Below, piece after piece: positions 11,953 through 24,431 of a stretch of 64,000 nucleotides of DNA; positions within the stretch are counted from its first letter, which is position 1, and each line of letters opens with the position of its first letter. The stretch is from NCBI RefSeq assembly GCF_006345805.1, contig NC_043004.1, positions 21,018,001 to 21,082,000 of the forward strand, written 5' to 3'. Both the position numbers and the translations under genes were made by a program. Source of the DNA: Octopus sinensis (Eukaryota). Under the pieces are notes generated by a model, which worked only from the letters and a program-made list of their open reading frames with translations, did not search any database and had not been told where the DNA came from.

Positions 11953-12120
11953 AGGCGTAGGAGTGACTGTGTGGTAAGTAGCTTGCTTACGAACCACATG
12001 GTTCCGGGTACAGTCCAATTGCGTGGCACCTTGGGCAAGTGTCTTCTACTATAGCCTTGGGATGACCACAACCTTGTGAGTGGATTTGGTAGGCAGAAAC
12101 TGAAAGAAGCCCGTCGTATA

Positions 12121-12173
<53 letters not shown>

Positions 12174-13165
12174 GTTGTGATGCCTGTGCCGGTGGTACAT
12201 AAAAAGCACTATCCGAACATGGCCGATGCCAGCGTCCTACTGTGCTTGAGGAGACCTGTTGAGTCAAGTACATGAACATGAACGTTGAAATAAATATCAA
12301 TGGAAATAGTAGTTGTGATGCCTGTGCCGGTGGCACATAAAAAGCACTATCCGAACGTGGCCGATGCCAGCGCTGCCCCGACTGGCTTTTGTGCCGGTGG
12401 CACATAAAAAGCACCATCCGAACGTGGCCAATGCCAGCACCGCCCCGACTGGCTCCTGTGCCGGTGGCACATAAAAAGACCATCCGAACGTTGCCAGCTC
12501 CGCCTTGGCTGGCTTCCGTCCCGCTGGCACATTAAAAGCTCCAACCGATCGTGACCGATGCCGGACCCCCCCTGGCACCTGTGCAGGTGGCACATAAAAA
12601 GCACCCACTACACTCGCGGTGTGGTTGGCGTTAGGAAGGGCATCCAGCCGTAGAAACTATGCCAGATCAGACTGGTGCCTGGAGCAGCCCCAAGGCTTCC
12701 CAGACCCCGGTCGAACCGTCCAACCCGTGCTAGCGCGGAAAACGGACGTTAAACGATGATGATGATGATGATGATGATGATATATGTATATATATATATA
12801 TATGTATATATATGTATGTATATATATGTATATATATATATATGTATATATGTATGTATATATGTATTTATATATATGTATATATGTATGTATATATGTA
12901 TGTATGTATATGTATGTATATATGTATGTATATATATGTATGTGTGTGTATATGTTTGTGCATCTGTGTTTCTCCCTCCCCCCAACATCGCTTGACAACT
13001 GATGTTTGTGTGTTTGCATCCCTGTAACTTAACGGTTCAGCAAAAGAGACTGATAGAATAAGTACTAGGCTTACAAAGAATAAGTCCTGGGGTCAATTTG
13101 CTTGACTAAAGGCGGTGCTCCAGCATGGCCACAGTCAAATGACTGAAACAAGTAAAAGAGTAAAA
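11953..13165 (+). mobile_element. SINE family A split by a nested RTE 3'UTR insertion
   Basis: SINE head at about 11953-12120 and SINE 3' half at about 12950-13165, with the RTE copy in the internal microsatellite. Confidence 0.8.
12172..12780 (+). mobile_element. RTE LINE 3'UTR with internal 60-67-bp repeats and (GAT)n tail
   Basis: Homologous to 22490-22967 and ends GGACGTTAAAC(GAT)n. Confidence 0.9.
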
Positions 13166-13846
13166 AGTATATGTATACGTGCGTTTGTGTGTATGTATAT
13201 ATATATATATATATATATCTATGTAGGTGCATTTGTGTATTTCAATGTATATATATAGTATGTGTAAATATAAATGTATAATAAATGTGTGTGTGTGTGT
13301 GTGTATGCAGCGAGAGAGAAAAGAGAGACGTGAGGAATAAAAAAACCGTGTACATTTGTATTTATATTCTGCAACAAAAGCATAGCATAAAACATATTTT
13401 CACAGAAAAGGAAACAGGGAAATAGCAGAGCAAACTGAATATATTCCTTCAGTGTCTGTATATAATGAGGCAATGGTTATTTTGTTTTTATTTTCTGTAT
13501 ATCATCTCTGCATATATACATAGATAAAGAGATTCATGGTGCATACACACACACACATACACACACACACACAAACCTACATGTACATAAATGTGTATTT
13601 ATGTATATGTTTATGTACATATGTATGTAATTATGTATGCACACACATGCATGTAAATATTATGTAATACTCTGTGTGTGTGTATGTGCGTATGTGAATA
13701 TATGTGTGTGTGTGTGTGTATATATGTGTGTGTGTGTGTGTGTGCATGTACGCAGTTGTATATATAATATCCTAACAGATTCGTACACTCCGTCTTTTAT
13801 ATTCAAGTTTTGAATCTATGTAATTCTAGTTGGTTATATTATTCTC

Positions 13847-13877
<31 letters not shown>

Positions 13878-14999
13878 TAATAATAAATACCAATAATAAT
13901 TGATAGTCACTGCTTCAGAGGAAAATCTTCTGATGTCCTACTCTCCCCCTCTGTGTGTGCCTTTTGTATTGGCTTTGATTACCCCACATGAATTTTCTCT
14001 TCAGATGTTTCGGTTTTTTTAGCATACTTTTATTTTTTTTTCATTTGCCTTTCATGTGATATTGTGGCAGATGGATGCTCAATTCAGTATCTCATGTCTG
14101 CAAGGAATGGAATTACATCAAAAGCCATACATTTATTGATCGTAGCTTGAGGTGTGTCATAGAGATTTGTCGTTGTGTAGTAAGGGAGTATAGTTATAGA
14201 GCAGGTGGCAGATTGCAAGGTGTTAGAATTACTTTTGTTTGTTTTTTTTTTGTTTTTTTTTTACAAGAAATCAACAGAAATAAAGTTTGACAGTCTTTAT
14301 TCCAGTGTGTTTATTGGAACCAGTTATGTGAAAGACAGGTTAATATTTTAAAGAGTAGTATTATAATTGGAATTATGTATTGGGGTCAGAAATGTTAAGT
14401 TAGTCTGTTGCTAGATTCCTGATGAAAATATATATATATTTATATAATTTGTTCTATACATATATTTGCTTCAGTTGCTGGAAACCACAAAATCTTGTTT
14501 AAGTTACTCGCTATTATCTGTAAAGAGAGAGAGAAAGAGAAGTAAATACCTACTGTAGTTTAGATATATTACACATAAATGAAAGGTGAGATAGGCATGA
14601 CTAGAAAATTTTGATCATAGGTTTGTTTGATTTAGGCTGACCTTGGGCTAACCAACAACAAATAAATATACAACTCTATGTGTATTTTATTCGTAGCTGG
14701 AAAGTTTAACATTCAGTTGGAACAGTTTATTAATCTTAATTCATGAGACAGCTGTGTAATCTGTTCATGTCTAGTGTTAGCTTACATTGATGGGTTCAAG
14801 ATCTATAGAACATGGTGTGTAGATATACCATGAGTTTTCTAAGACAAGTTGGATAATGCCTATTGTTTTTAGAAAACTTGAGGGCTTTTGATGCAGCACA
14901 TAGATGTTATTTTAGTGTCTATATTAACTCCCAGTGATTGAGAAATCAGTTTATTCAGTAACAAACTCTTCTTCTTTTAACTGAATGATTTATTATGCA

Positions 15000-15222
15000 A
15001 ACTGATCATGGCCATTTCCAGCCTCCTCTGGCCCCTGTGCAAGAGGCACATAAAAAGCACCCACTACACTCATGGAGTGGTTGGTGTTAGGAAGGGCATC
15101 CAGCTGTAGAAACACTGCCAGATCAGCCTGGAGCCTGGCACAGCCTCCTGGCTTCCTAGACCCTGGTCGAACCGTCCAACCCATGCTAGCATGGAAAACA
15201 GACGTTAAACGATGATGATGAT
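15000..15222 (+). mobile_element. RTE LINE 3' end
   Basis: TTAGGAAGGGCATCCAGCTGTAGAAAC...GTTAAAC(GAT)n. Confidence 0.85.
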
Positions 15223-15312
15223 ATATATGTGAGTGTGTGTATATCAAACAATGAAATTTTAAATTGCTGGAAACTGAATCAAACACTAAATAATAATAAT
15301 AATGACGATTTC

Positions 15313-15516
15313 AAATTTTGGCACAAAGCCAGCCATTTCAAGGGAGGGACTAAGTTGATTAAATTGACTCGGTGTTCATCTGAAGCTTATTTTCTCGACC
15401 CTGAAAGGATGTAAGGGAAAGTTGACAATGGCAAAACTTGAACTCAAAATACAAAGATGGACAAAATGTTGCTAAGCATTTTGACAGGCATGCTAACACT
15501 TCTAGCTCACTGCCTT
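15313..15516 (-). mobile_element. tRNA-derived SINE family B (diverged)
   Basis: Reverse complement of the GGCGAGCTGGCAG...GAGTTCAA...GGGTCGA family. Confidence 0.7.
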
Positions 15517-15529
15517 ATTTTTTAAATAA

Positions 15530-15579
15530 TGATAATAATAATAGTAATAATGATGATGATAATAATAATAATAATAATG

Positions 15580-15663
<84 letters not shown>
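15530..15663. repeat. (AAT)n microsatellite
   Basis: Seen directly. Confidence 0.95.
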
Positions 15664-15667
<4 letters not shown>

Positions 15668-16232
15668 GCCAAACAACTGGCAAGATACAAAAAACGCTCA
15701 GCATTCCATAGACAAAACATACTATTCAAGGAGAACACAAACAAATTCTACAGCGGACTGGGGAAAATACCATTATTGTGAAAACACCTCCTCCACAACT
15801 TAAAAATGAAGATTTTTGACAAAACATTTGGAGTAATTTGAAGGAGCTTAATTAGAATGCCCATTGGATCAGTGACATAGGAGAGGCCAATGTCCACCTC
15901 AAATATCAAGAATGGCAGGATATAATAACTGAAGAAGTGAAAGCGGCACTCGCCAAGTCAAGGAAATGGAAATCCCCACGTATAGATAAGATTTAACATT
16001 TTTGTTTAAACTCTTTAATGAGCACTCACCACAACTTAGCTGTAGCACTCAATGAAGTCATGTCAAACTCAGTGAAAGCTCCAAAGTGGCTTACAGAAAT
16101 TATTACATATTTCTTACCAAAAACAGAAGAAACTACTAACCCTACAAAATACCGACCCATAACATGCCTCATCACCTTATATAAATTATTAACATCTATA
16201 ATAGCAAATAAAGCATATGAATTTTTGGACAG
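15664..16232 (+). pseudogene. R4/Dong-like non-LTR retrotransposon, RT N-terminal fragment
   Basis: Reads KQLARYKKRSAFHRQNILFKENTNKFY...EEVKAALAKSRKWKSP...LPKTEETTNPTKYRPITCLITLYKLLTSII, with the YRPITCL motif. Stops present. Confidence 0.85.
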
Positions 16233-16621
16233 TGCATACGTATGTACATATATATATATATTTCTGTAGTTTTCATTAATCAAATTTCATCCACATGGAA
16301 TTAGTCACCTGTGATCATAGTGAAAGAAAGACACTTACTCAAAGTGCCATGCAGTGGAATTGAACCCAAAATAATGTGCTTGTGAAGCAAATCTTCTCAA
16401 CCATGCAACTATGTCCATGTCATGAAAAATATTTAAGTACCTATATTAATACTATATTTACAATGTGTGGATATGCAAGTCAGTACAGATCTATACAACG
16501 TCATTTGAAACAAAATATCCAATACTTAAATACTGTATTTACAGTATACAGATATTCTGGTTGATAGAGTTTTATAGAATAATCTAAATGCTTTTTAGTT
16601 TGTTATATATTGTGACTATTG

Positions 16622-17005
16622 GTGCAGGCATGGCTGTGTGGTAAGTGCTACTGCAAGATACCTTGTGCAAGTGTCTTCTACAATAACCCCAGGTTGACCA
16701 AAGCCTTGTAAGTGGATTTAGTAGGTGGAAACTGAAAGACGCCTGTCATGTGTGTGTGTGTGTGTGTGAGTGTGTGTGTGTGTGTGTGTTGTGTGTGTGT
16801 ATGTGTGTGCAAGTGCATGTGTGTGTCTTTGTGTCTGTGTTTGTCCCCTCACTACTGCTTGAAAACTGGTGGTGTGTTTACGTCCCTGATTGAATAAGTA
16901 CCAGGCACTAAATAATAAGTAGTGGAGTCAATACATTCGACAAAAAATTATTCTAGGTGGTACTCCAGCATGGCCACAGTCTAATGACTGAAACAAGTAA
17001 AAGAT
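16622..17005 (+). mobile_element. SINE family A (diverged)
   Basis: Head GGCATGGCTGTGTGGTAAG and tail GACTGAAACAAGTAAAAGA. Confidence 0.8.
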
Positions 17006-17319
17006 CGGTGTCTATGACTGTGAATATTTTAAAATCTTAGATAACTCTGCTACCTAGATATAAATAGGAGCTACAGAGAAGAACCAGCTGACTGTAGTTA
17101 TTGGGCACTGACAGAGTGATTGGAGCAATGGGCAAAATGCCTTATAACAATTGTTCTGATACTTCATATTCTGAGTTCAAATCTCACAGAGGTCAATTTG
17201 TTTCCAGGGTCAATGAAATAAAGTACCAGCCTAAGTTGGTGATTAAGTGGAATTTTTTAAGTGCAGGTTACAATATCTTGTAGAGTTTCTTTTGGCTCTT
17301 CATCTTTTCAGTTTAAATC

Positions 17320-17850
17320 ATCATCATCATTGTTCAACCGTGGTCGAGACAATGGAATTTACTATGTTACGCCAGACTTCACAGTTCATCATAGCGTTAC
17401 GGAGGTCCTGTTGCTGGATGCCTGTATCCCTGGAGATTACATCAGGGTAGGAGAGTGTGCGCCCTCTGGTATTGCGAGTAGATGGCTTCCTGAGGAGAAG
17501 AGTAGAAATTACTTCTTTTTCAGCTCTACAACAATGTCCAACAAACTGGACTCTCCTACCTTTCACAAGAGATGACACAGGTGGTAATTTCCCATATATT
17601 TGCATTTTGGTTGGATGGCGCTTCCACGAGAGATTTTGAGCTCTCATAAGGAGGCGAGTGTAGGTTCCATCGAACCGCCTCTCAAGCTTCTTTGATAACG
17701 TCCAGGTTTCTGAGCCATATAGTAAAATTGGTTCGACTGTGGCTTTGAATATTTCAAGTTTGAAGTCTCTACTTAGATTTGATGACCAGATCTTATGCAT
17801 GTCATTACATCTTATGCATGTCAGTTTAAATACTGCTAAGGCCAATCTTT
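17320..17850 (-). mobile_element. RTE-clade LINE, C-terminal ORF2 fragment (open frame) with (TGA)n tail
   Basis: ORF 17327-18001 contains KIWSSNL...FKATVEPILLYGSETWTL...RRVQFVGHCCR...RGRTLSYPDVI...W. The N-terminal ~50 aa of that ORF look unrelated. Confidence 0.85.
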
Positions 17851-18956
17851 CCAAGGTTGATAAAATAAAGTAGCCATCAAGCAAAGTGTTCTGAGTTGAT
17901 CTGTGACAGGGGCCAAGCTGTATCAATCTTGCCTTTATTTGGATGACATCACTTTCAAACAGAAGGAAGACCAACTGCATAGGCAAGTACTGCTCTTCCA
18001 AAGGGTAAAAAACCTTGACCAGATTTGTACTCAGGAAAGGACCTTTCTACGCCTAGCTCTAAATATCTTGATGTAGATATATGGTCAAATCTGAATGGCT
18101 GAAGGACAGGTAGTATATTGCATCTATGGCCAAAAAACTATACACTTGGATAGATGCAACCATTTGGCAGAATCCTAAATAGAATGTCTTGTGGCATTTA
18201 GTTATGATCCTTTACATTTTAATAATGGCCACACTTGGTTTTCTCTCTTCCAGGATCACTAAAATAGCACTGGTTAAATACAAGGGCTAATATAATCCCT
18301 CTACTTTACTTTCTCCAAAAAATTGTGAGCTTGTTAGAAGAATCATTAAAATAAAATCGTGAGAAATCTCAAAATTCTAGAGATGTGCTCATCTATTTTT
18401 CTTTCAGTATTAATTGCTAAAGAATCTTATAATCCAATGATTGTTATAGATCTATAACATCCTACCTCACTATACTTATGAGTAACACAGAAAATATTAT
18501 ATATACAGAAACATTATTGAAGTGTATGAATAACACACTTAAGAACTTCACTGCCAATTTATTCCAAAGTATTTTTACTAAACAACCTTACTAAGTAATT
18601 ACCACAAACAGTTTATTTTAATTACATTGTGTTGAAAGAGTCTGTTATCATAAAACAGCGCTTTCTACACCACACAAACACACTTTACCGGAACATAATT
18701 TAAGAGGTGAAAGGAAAAAAAAAGCATTATTCTAAAAAAAATAAATTTATTTCTTGCCACCACTATCACTTATAATCTGCATTTAATTTACTCTGAATAT
18801 TTGTGTGAGTTTGTGTCCGTGTGTGCATGCAGGCATGTGGTGCGTATGTGTGTATGTTTATATATATATATGTGTGTGTGTGTGTGCTAATATATATGTG
18901 TGTGTGTGTGTGTATATATATGTACATGTATATGTATGTATATATATGTATTTATA

Positions 18957-19001
<45 letters not shown>

Positions 19002-19998
19002 GTAAAACATTATGATAATTCCATTGTCTGTTTTTGCACTTTTCCATGCTGGTGCAGGTAGGATGGTTTAATTGAATTCAACAGGTTCAAGGCTCATATT
19101 TTTTTCCAATGTTTCATTTAGCTGTGACTTCTAAGCTTGGATGGGATTCCGAACACCAACCACCTTCCAGAGTGTGTGGATGCATTTTTTTCATTCCACT
19201 AGCACTGATGTAGTTGCCCTGCTGTCAGTCCTGGTTTTTCAGTGCTTGAATGGAATACATTTAGAATGCACTAGGTACTTTTTATTGTACCAGCAATTTT
19301 CATGATGTTTTGCAGGGTATGGAAGTGGAAGGGAGCTCCCATCTATGATAGATTAAACAGATTTATTTTTATAAGAAGATGATGAAGGATAGAAATGCAG
19401 AGGGAACAGTGTTGGAGTGGAAGTAATAGAAAGTAGAGAGGGGTGGAAGGGAAAAATAATCTTAGGGATTAACAAGAAGGGAAAGAGGTACAAAATGGTA
19501 ATGATGAAGGAGTAGATTGCATTGGTAGATCCATTCAGGGACTGGGTCAGTCTGTCTATATGTTTGCATGGGTTGGATGGTACATCAGGGTCCAAGACAG
19601 TTATATATTTATCTTCATCATGATCATTTTACATTCACAGTCCATTGTTGACTGAATCATCAGATCTGAATTCAAATATGACAAAGCCTCAAACTGGATT
19701 TATGCTGTTATATTGTTTACTTAATCATGAACTGTAGTACCACAGTAATTCATGACTGAATTATAATAGTAGTTGGTCTATTCTATTGAATCAAAAAGGA
19801 AGCTGGGTACATCTCTGAGCATTGATCAACAAACTGTTAAATGGTTCATTTTGACACTATCTACCTCTTTCCTTAATGCATTTATAAAATGGGGAAAATG
19901 TGTTTACATTTATATTTTACTCACAGTGAGGTTTTATAATATTTAAATAGATTTTAGTTCTGATTTGCCGTTTTGTGCATAAATAAATATTATATAAC

Positions 19999-20546
19999 AC
20001 TAGCTGAGTAACCTGTTGTTTCCGGGTAATTTAAACAATAGAATGAATGTCCTGGCAGACTTTTGGAATAGCACACCCATATAAGTTGGATTTTCTGCAT
20101 TTTGATGGAGATTTTTCAAATTATTTTTCCTACACCCTTCCAAATGCCATCATGGGGATTATTTTATGAAAAGAAAATTTGAAAATTTATGAATACTCTC
20201 AAACTCCTTTCCCCTCCTCAGTACTGATTTTGGCCAAAGTAATTTTGTACTATATACTTAAAATGATGGAAGAAGCTTTGAAGGTTAACAAAATAAAGTT
20301 TTGGAAATTACTATCCCCACTTTCTTTATTTTCAAACAGAAAATGAAATGTAATTGAAAAACAATAGTGAATTTTTTTTAAATATTTTCATTGACCCTCC
20401 ATAAACCCTAAAATTTCAACTTCTGTTCAAAACTTTGTTGGATTTTTCTTTTTGAAAAATTTGTTTTTGTAAAGAGTACACATTTCAGAGCCATTTTTCT
20501 AATTTATGGATACATAACCACATAAACTCGCATTTATAAAGTAGAT
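19999..20546 (+). mobile_element. Non-autonomous Helitron-like element
   Basis: Starts ACTAGC with a subterminal hairpin-like motif and ends CATTTATAAAGTAGAT. Same architecture as 34435-34820. An internal segment recurs at about 33115-33205. Confidence 0.5.
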
Positions 20547-20580
20547 ATGTAATAATGGGACCGATGCTGATGATGATATA

Positions 20581-22967
20581 TGTGTATCGGATTGCTAGAC
20601 AGTGTGTGAGAGAAAATAGTGATGTTACAGGAGAGAAATGTGTCCGCATGGATGATGGGGCACTTGCTTTTAATGATGGTGAAAGAAAGAGGCTTGGAGA
20701 AGCCATTATGAAAGACTGCTGAATGTGGAGAATGAATGGGAGGAGGAGAGCCTGCCAAATGTTGACCCAGTAGAGGGACCAGCTATCCGAATAGACAGCT
20801 CCCTTGTAGTTAAGGCAATTAAGGGTATGAAACCAGGTAAAGCCTCAGGCCCATCAGGAATCACTGCTGAAATGCTTAAAACAGCTTGTTATGTGGGCTA
20901 TGGCCTAGTCACCCGCATTTTAAATCAGGTAGTTCATAATGGAGTCATACCCAATGACTGGCGTAGCAGCACTATAGTCAACTGCTACAAGAGTAAGGGT
21001 GATGCTCTAGATAGAAATAACTACAGGAGTATTAAACTGTTGGATCAGGTGATGAAGGTCTCAGAGAGGGTCATAACCCATCTCATTAGGGAGAGAATTT
21101 GCTTAGATGAGATGCAGTTCGGTTTTGTGCCGGGTAGAAGCACCACTGATGCTATATACCTGGTCAGACAACTGCAGGAGAAGTACCTAGCTAAAGATAA
21201 ACCCCTCTGCATAGCTTTTATGGACTTGGAGAAAGCCTTTGACAGGGTCCCCTGATCCCTTATCTGGTGGTCGATGTGGAAACTGGAGATTGACGAATGG
21301 CTAGTAAGGGCTGTACAGGCCCTATACAGAAAGGCTGTCAGCAAGGTTAGAATTGGCAACGAATATAGTGAATAATTCCGGGTAGAAGTAAGTGTACACC
21401 AAGGCTCAGCCCTCAGTCCCCTTTTATTCATCATAGTCCTCCAGGCGATAATAGAGGAATTCAAAACAGGTTGCCCCTGGGAGCTTCTCTATGCTGATGA
21501 CTTGGCTCTCATAGCAGAATCACTACCGGAACTAGAAAAGAAATTTCAGGTGTGAAAGCAAGGGTTAGAATCAAAGAGCCTTAGAGTAAATGTAGCAAAG
21601 ACCAAAGTTATAGTAAGCAGAAAGGCGAACTCAGCACACACACCCTTGGGCAGGTGGCCCTCCTCGATCTGTAGGAAAGATGTAGGTAGAAACTCCATAA
21701 GATGTACCAAGTGTAAGCTATGGATGCATAAGAGGTGCAGCAACATCAAAGGGAAATTAACTGATAAGATAGCTTTCATGTGCGGCAGATGCACAGGGAC
21801 AATAGACACCACAGATACTCAGAAAACAGAATCCATCACATGCCAGGGAAGAAACTAGTAGTTGGTAGTTTCCGCTACCTGGGTGACCAAGTTAGTAGTG
21901 GAAGTGGATGCTCAGAGAGTGTCACCACTAGAATACGAATAACCTGGGCAAAGTTTAGAAAGCTCCTACCCCTACTGGCGACAAAGGGTCTCTCGCTCAG
22001 AGTGAAAGGTAGATTGTATGATGCATGTGTGCGAACTGCCATGCTTCACGGTAGTGAAACATGGGCTGTGACTGCAGAGGACATGCGTAGACTTGAAAGA
22101 AATGAAGCTGGCATGATCCGCTGGATGTGTAATGTCAGTGTGCGTGCACGACAGAGGGTAAGCATCCTGAGAGAAATGCTGGACATAAAAAGCATCAGAT
22201 GTGGTGTGCAAGAGCGATGCTTGTGATGGTATGGTCATGTACTGCGGATGGATGAGGAGAGATGTGTGAAGAGGTGCCGCTCCCAAACAGTTGAAGGTAT
22301 CAGGGGGAGAGGTAGACCCAGGAAGACATGGGATGAGGTAGTCAAGCATGACCTAAAAGCGTTGGGCCTCACAGAGGCAATGGCGAAGGACCGAGATCTC
22401 TGGAGATATGCTGTGACTGCAAAGACCCGGGCTGCTTCCTGTACCAGTCCCGCATAGCCCCTGCCCATTTAAAGTACCTTGGATTCCAGAACATCCCACT
22501 GTGCTTGAGGAGACCTATTGAGTCAAGTACATGAACATCGAAATAAATATCAATGGAAATAGTAGTTGTGATACCTGTGCCGGTGGCACGTAAAAAGCAC
22601 CATCCGAATGTGGCCGATGCCAGCACCACCTCGACTGGCTTCTGTGCTGGTGGCACATAAAAAGCACCATCCGAACGTGGCCGATGCCAGCGCCGCCTCG
22701 ACTGGCTTCCGTGCCGGTGGCATGTTAAAAGCACCAACCAATCGTGGCTGATGCCAGACTCCCCTGGCCCCTGTGCCGGTGGCACGTAAAAAGCACCCAC
22801 TACACTTGCGGAGTGGTTGCTGTTAGGAAGGGCATCCAGCTGTAGAAACACTGCCAGATCAGACTGGAGCCTAGTGCAGCCCCTGGCTTCCCAGACCCCG
22901 GTCGAACCGTCCAATCCATGCTAGCATGGAAAACGGGCGTTAAACGATGATGATGATGATGATATAT
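20581..22967 (+). mobile_element. 5'-truncated RTE LINE: RT ORF2 with several stops and one frameshift, repeat-containing 3'UTR, (GAT)n tail
   Basis: Motifs NYRSIKLL, QFGFVPGRSTTDAI, DLEKAFDRVP, QGSALSPLLF, LLYADDL, YLGDQ, LHGSETW and RGRPRKTW. Confidence 0.97.
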
Positions 22968-23059
22968 ATCTTTTATACATATATATGTTTGTGTGTGTGT
23001 ATGTATAAATGTTTGTTTACATATGTGTCTGTGTTTAAATATATTTACATACATACAGT

Positions 23060-23095
<36 letters not shown>

Positions 23096-23107
23096 TAATA
23101 TACATGT

Positions 23108-23278
23108 GTATATAATTATATTAAGACAAGGGCAAAAACGACCTATCTCCAGCATGGTTGAAGTACTGAGACCTTTAAAAAACTACCTGTTTTTGGTAGG
23201 TTTTTGAAGGTCTCGGCACTTCAAGCATGCTGAAGATAGGTCGTTTTTTGCCTTTGCTCCCTTAATATAATTATATAC
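23108..23278. repeat. Imperfect fold-back or MITE-like inverted repeat (about 80-bp arms)
   Basis: GTATATAATTATATTAAG...GGCAAAAACGACCTATCT is mirrored by AGATAGGTCGTTTTTTGCC...CTTAATATAATTATATAC. Confidence 0.85.
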
Positions 23279-23607
23279 ATATATACATTATTATTAATTT
23301 AATGCATAAATTACCTATAAATTTTTATAGCATGCTGACTACCTGATAAAGATCATTAACGTGATTTTTCTCCTTATATTCTATCATGAATATATATATG
23401 TGTGTGTGTGTATATGTGTGTAGCCATCAAAGAATCTATAGGTCAGAAAAAGCAAACACATATATTTTTAAAAAAGAGAGGCTGTATTAATGTTGATGGA
23501 AACTTTGACGTTTATAGTCATGGTGCAGTCTCTTGGCATTCAAGCATATATTTTCTTTTTCTTGTAGGCCAGATCAAAAGAATTTGCATTTACAATTTAA
23601 GTTCTTT

Positions 23608-23748
23608 ACTATAGTTCATTAGTATAATATAGAGGTGATGTCAAAGGACTCCAGTGGGTGGATGAACATGCAAAAATATGTGGGCGCGACAAAAGGTCCT
23701 TTCAGAATTAGATTTAACAGCCATATGTTACTACTAGCTAGGAGAGAT
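23608..23748 (+). pseudogene. PLE-type GIY-YIG endonuclease remnant
   Basis: Reads TIVH*YNIEVMSKD...KYVGATKGPFRIRFNSH, resembling the YIGxT...FxxRxxxH motif. Short match. Confidence 0.45.
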
Positions 23749-23774
23749 GAAATATCACAACCATAGCAATGTAT

Positions 23775-24000
23775 ATACTCTTTTACTCGTTTCAGTCATT
23801 TGACTGTGGTCATACTAAAGCATCACCTTTAGCCAAGCAAATCGACCCCAGGACTTATTCTTTGTAAGCCTAGTACTTATTCTATCGATCTCTTTTGCTG
23901 AACCGCTAAGTTACGAGGATGTAAACACACCAACATTGGTTGTCAAACGATGCTGGAGGGACAAACACAGACACACAAACATATACACACACAAACACAT
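23775..24000 (-). mobile_element. SINE family A, 3' half
   Basis: Reverse complement of the family A tail and body. Confidence 0.85.
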
Positions 24001-24068
24001 ATATATACATCTGACCAACTCCACCCTATATATATATATATATATGCATTTATATGTATATATATATG

Positions 24069-24211
<143 letters not shown>

Positions 24212-24259
24212 AGATGTATGTATAAATGTATGTATATATGTATGTATATATGTATGTAT

Positions 24260-24301
<42 letters not shown>

Positions 24302-24307
24302 ATATAT

Positions 24308-24418
24308 ATAATATTAATTAGAGACAAAACCACTATTTTGCAAATCAAACAAAGAAAGACTTAATCCAATACATAAAAAAATTTTAATATAATTTATTCC
24401 CTAATATTTATTATTATA
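24308..24418. mobile_element. Internally deleted derivative of the 7799-8275 palindromic element
   Basis: Same left end (ATTAATTAGAGACAAAACCACTA...CAATACATAA) joined to the same right end (ATTTATTCCCTAATATTTATT). Flanked by (TA)n. Confidence 0.8.
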
Positions 24419-24431
24419 TATATATATATAT

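Noticed and set aside
14071-14151. Possible 81-bp exon WMLNSVSHVCKEWNYIKSHTFIDRSL (F-box-like VS.VCK.W)
   Set aside because: The splice signals are only moderate and the motif is too short to support without transcripts. RNA-seq would settle it.
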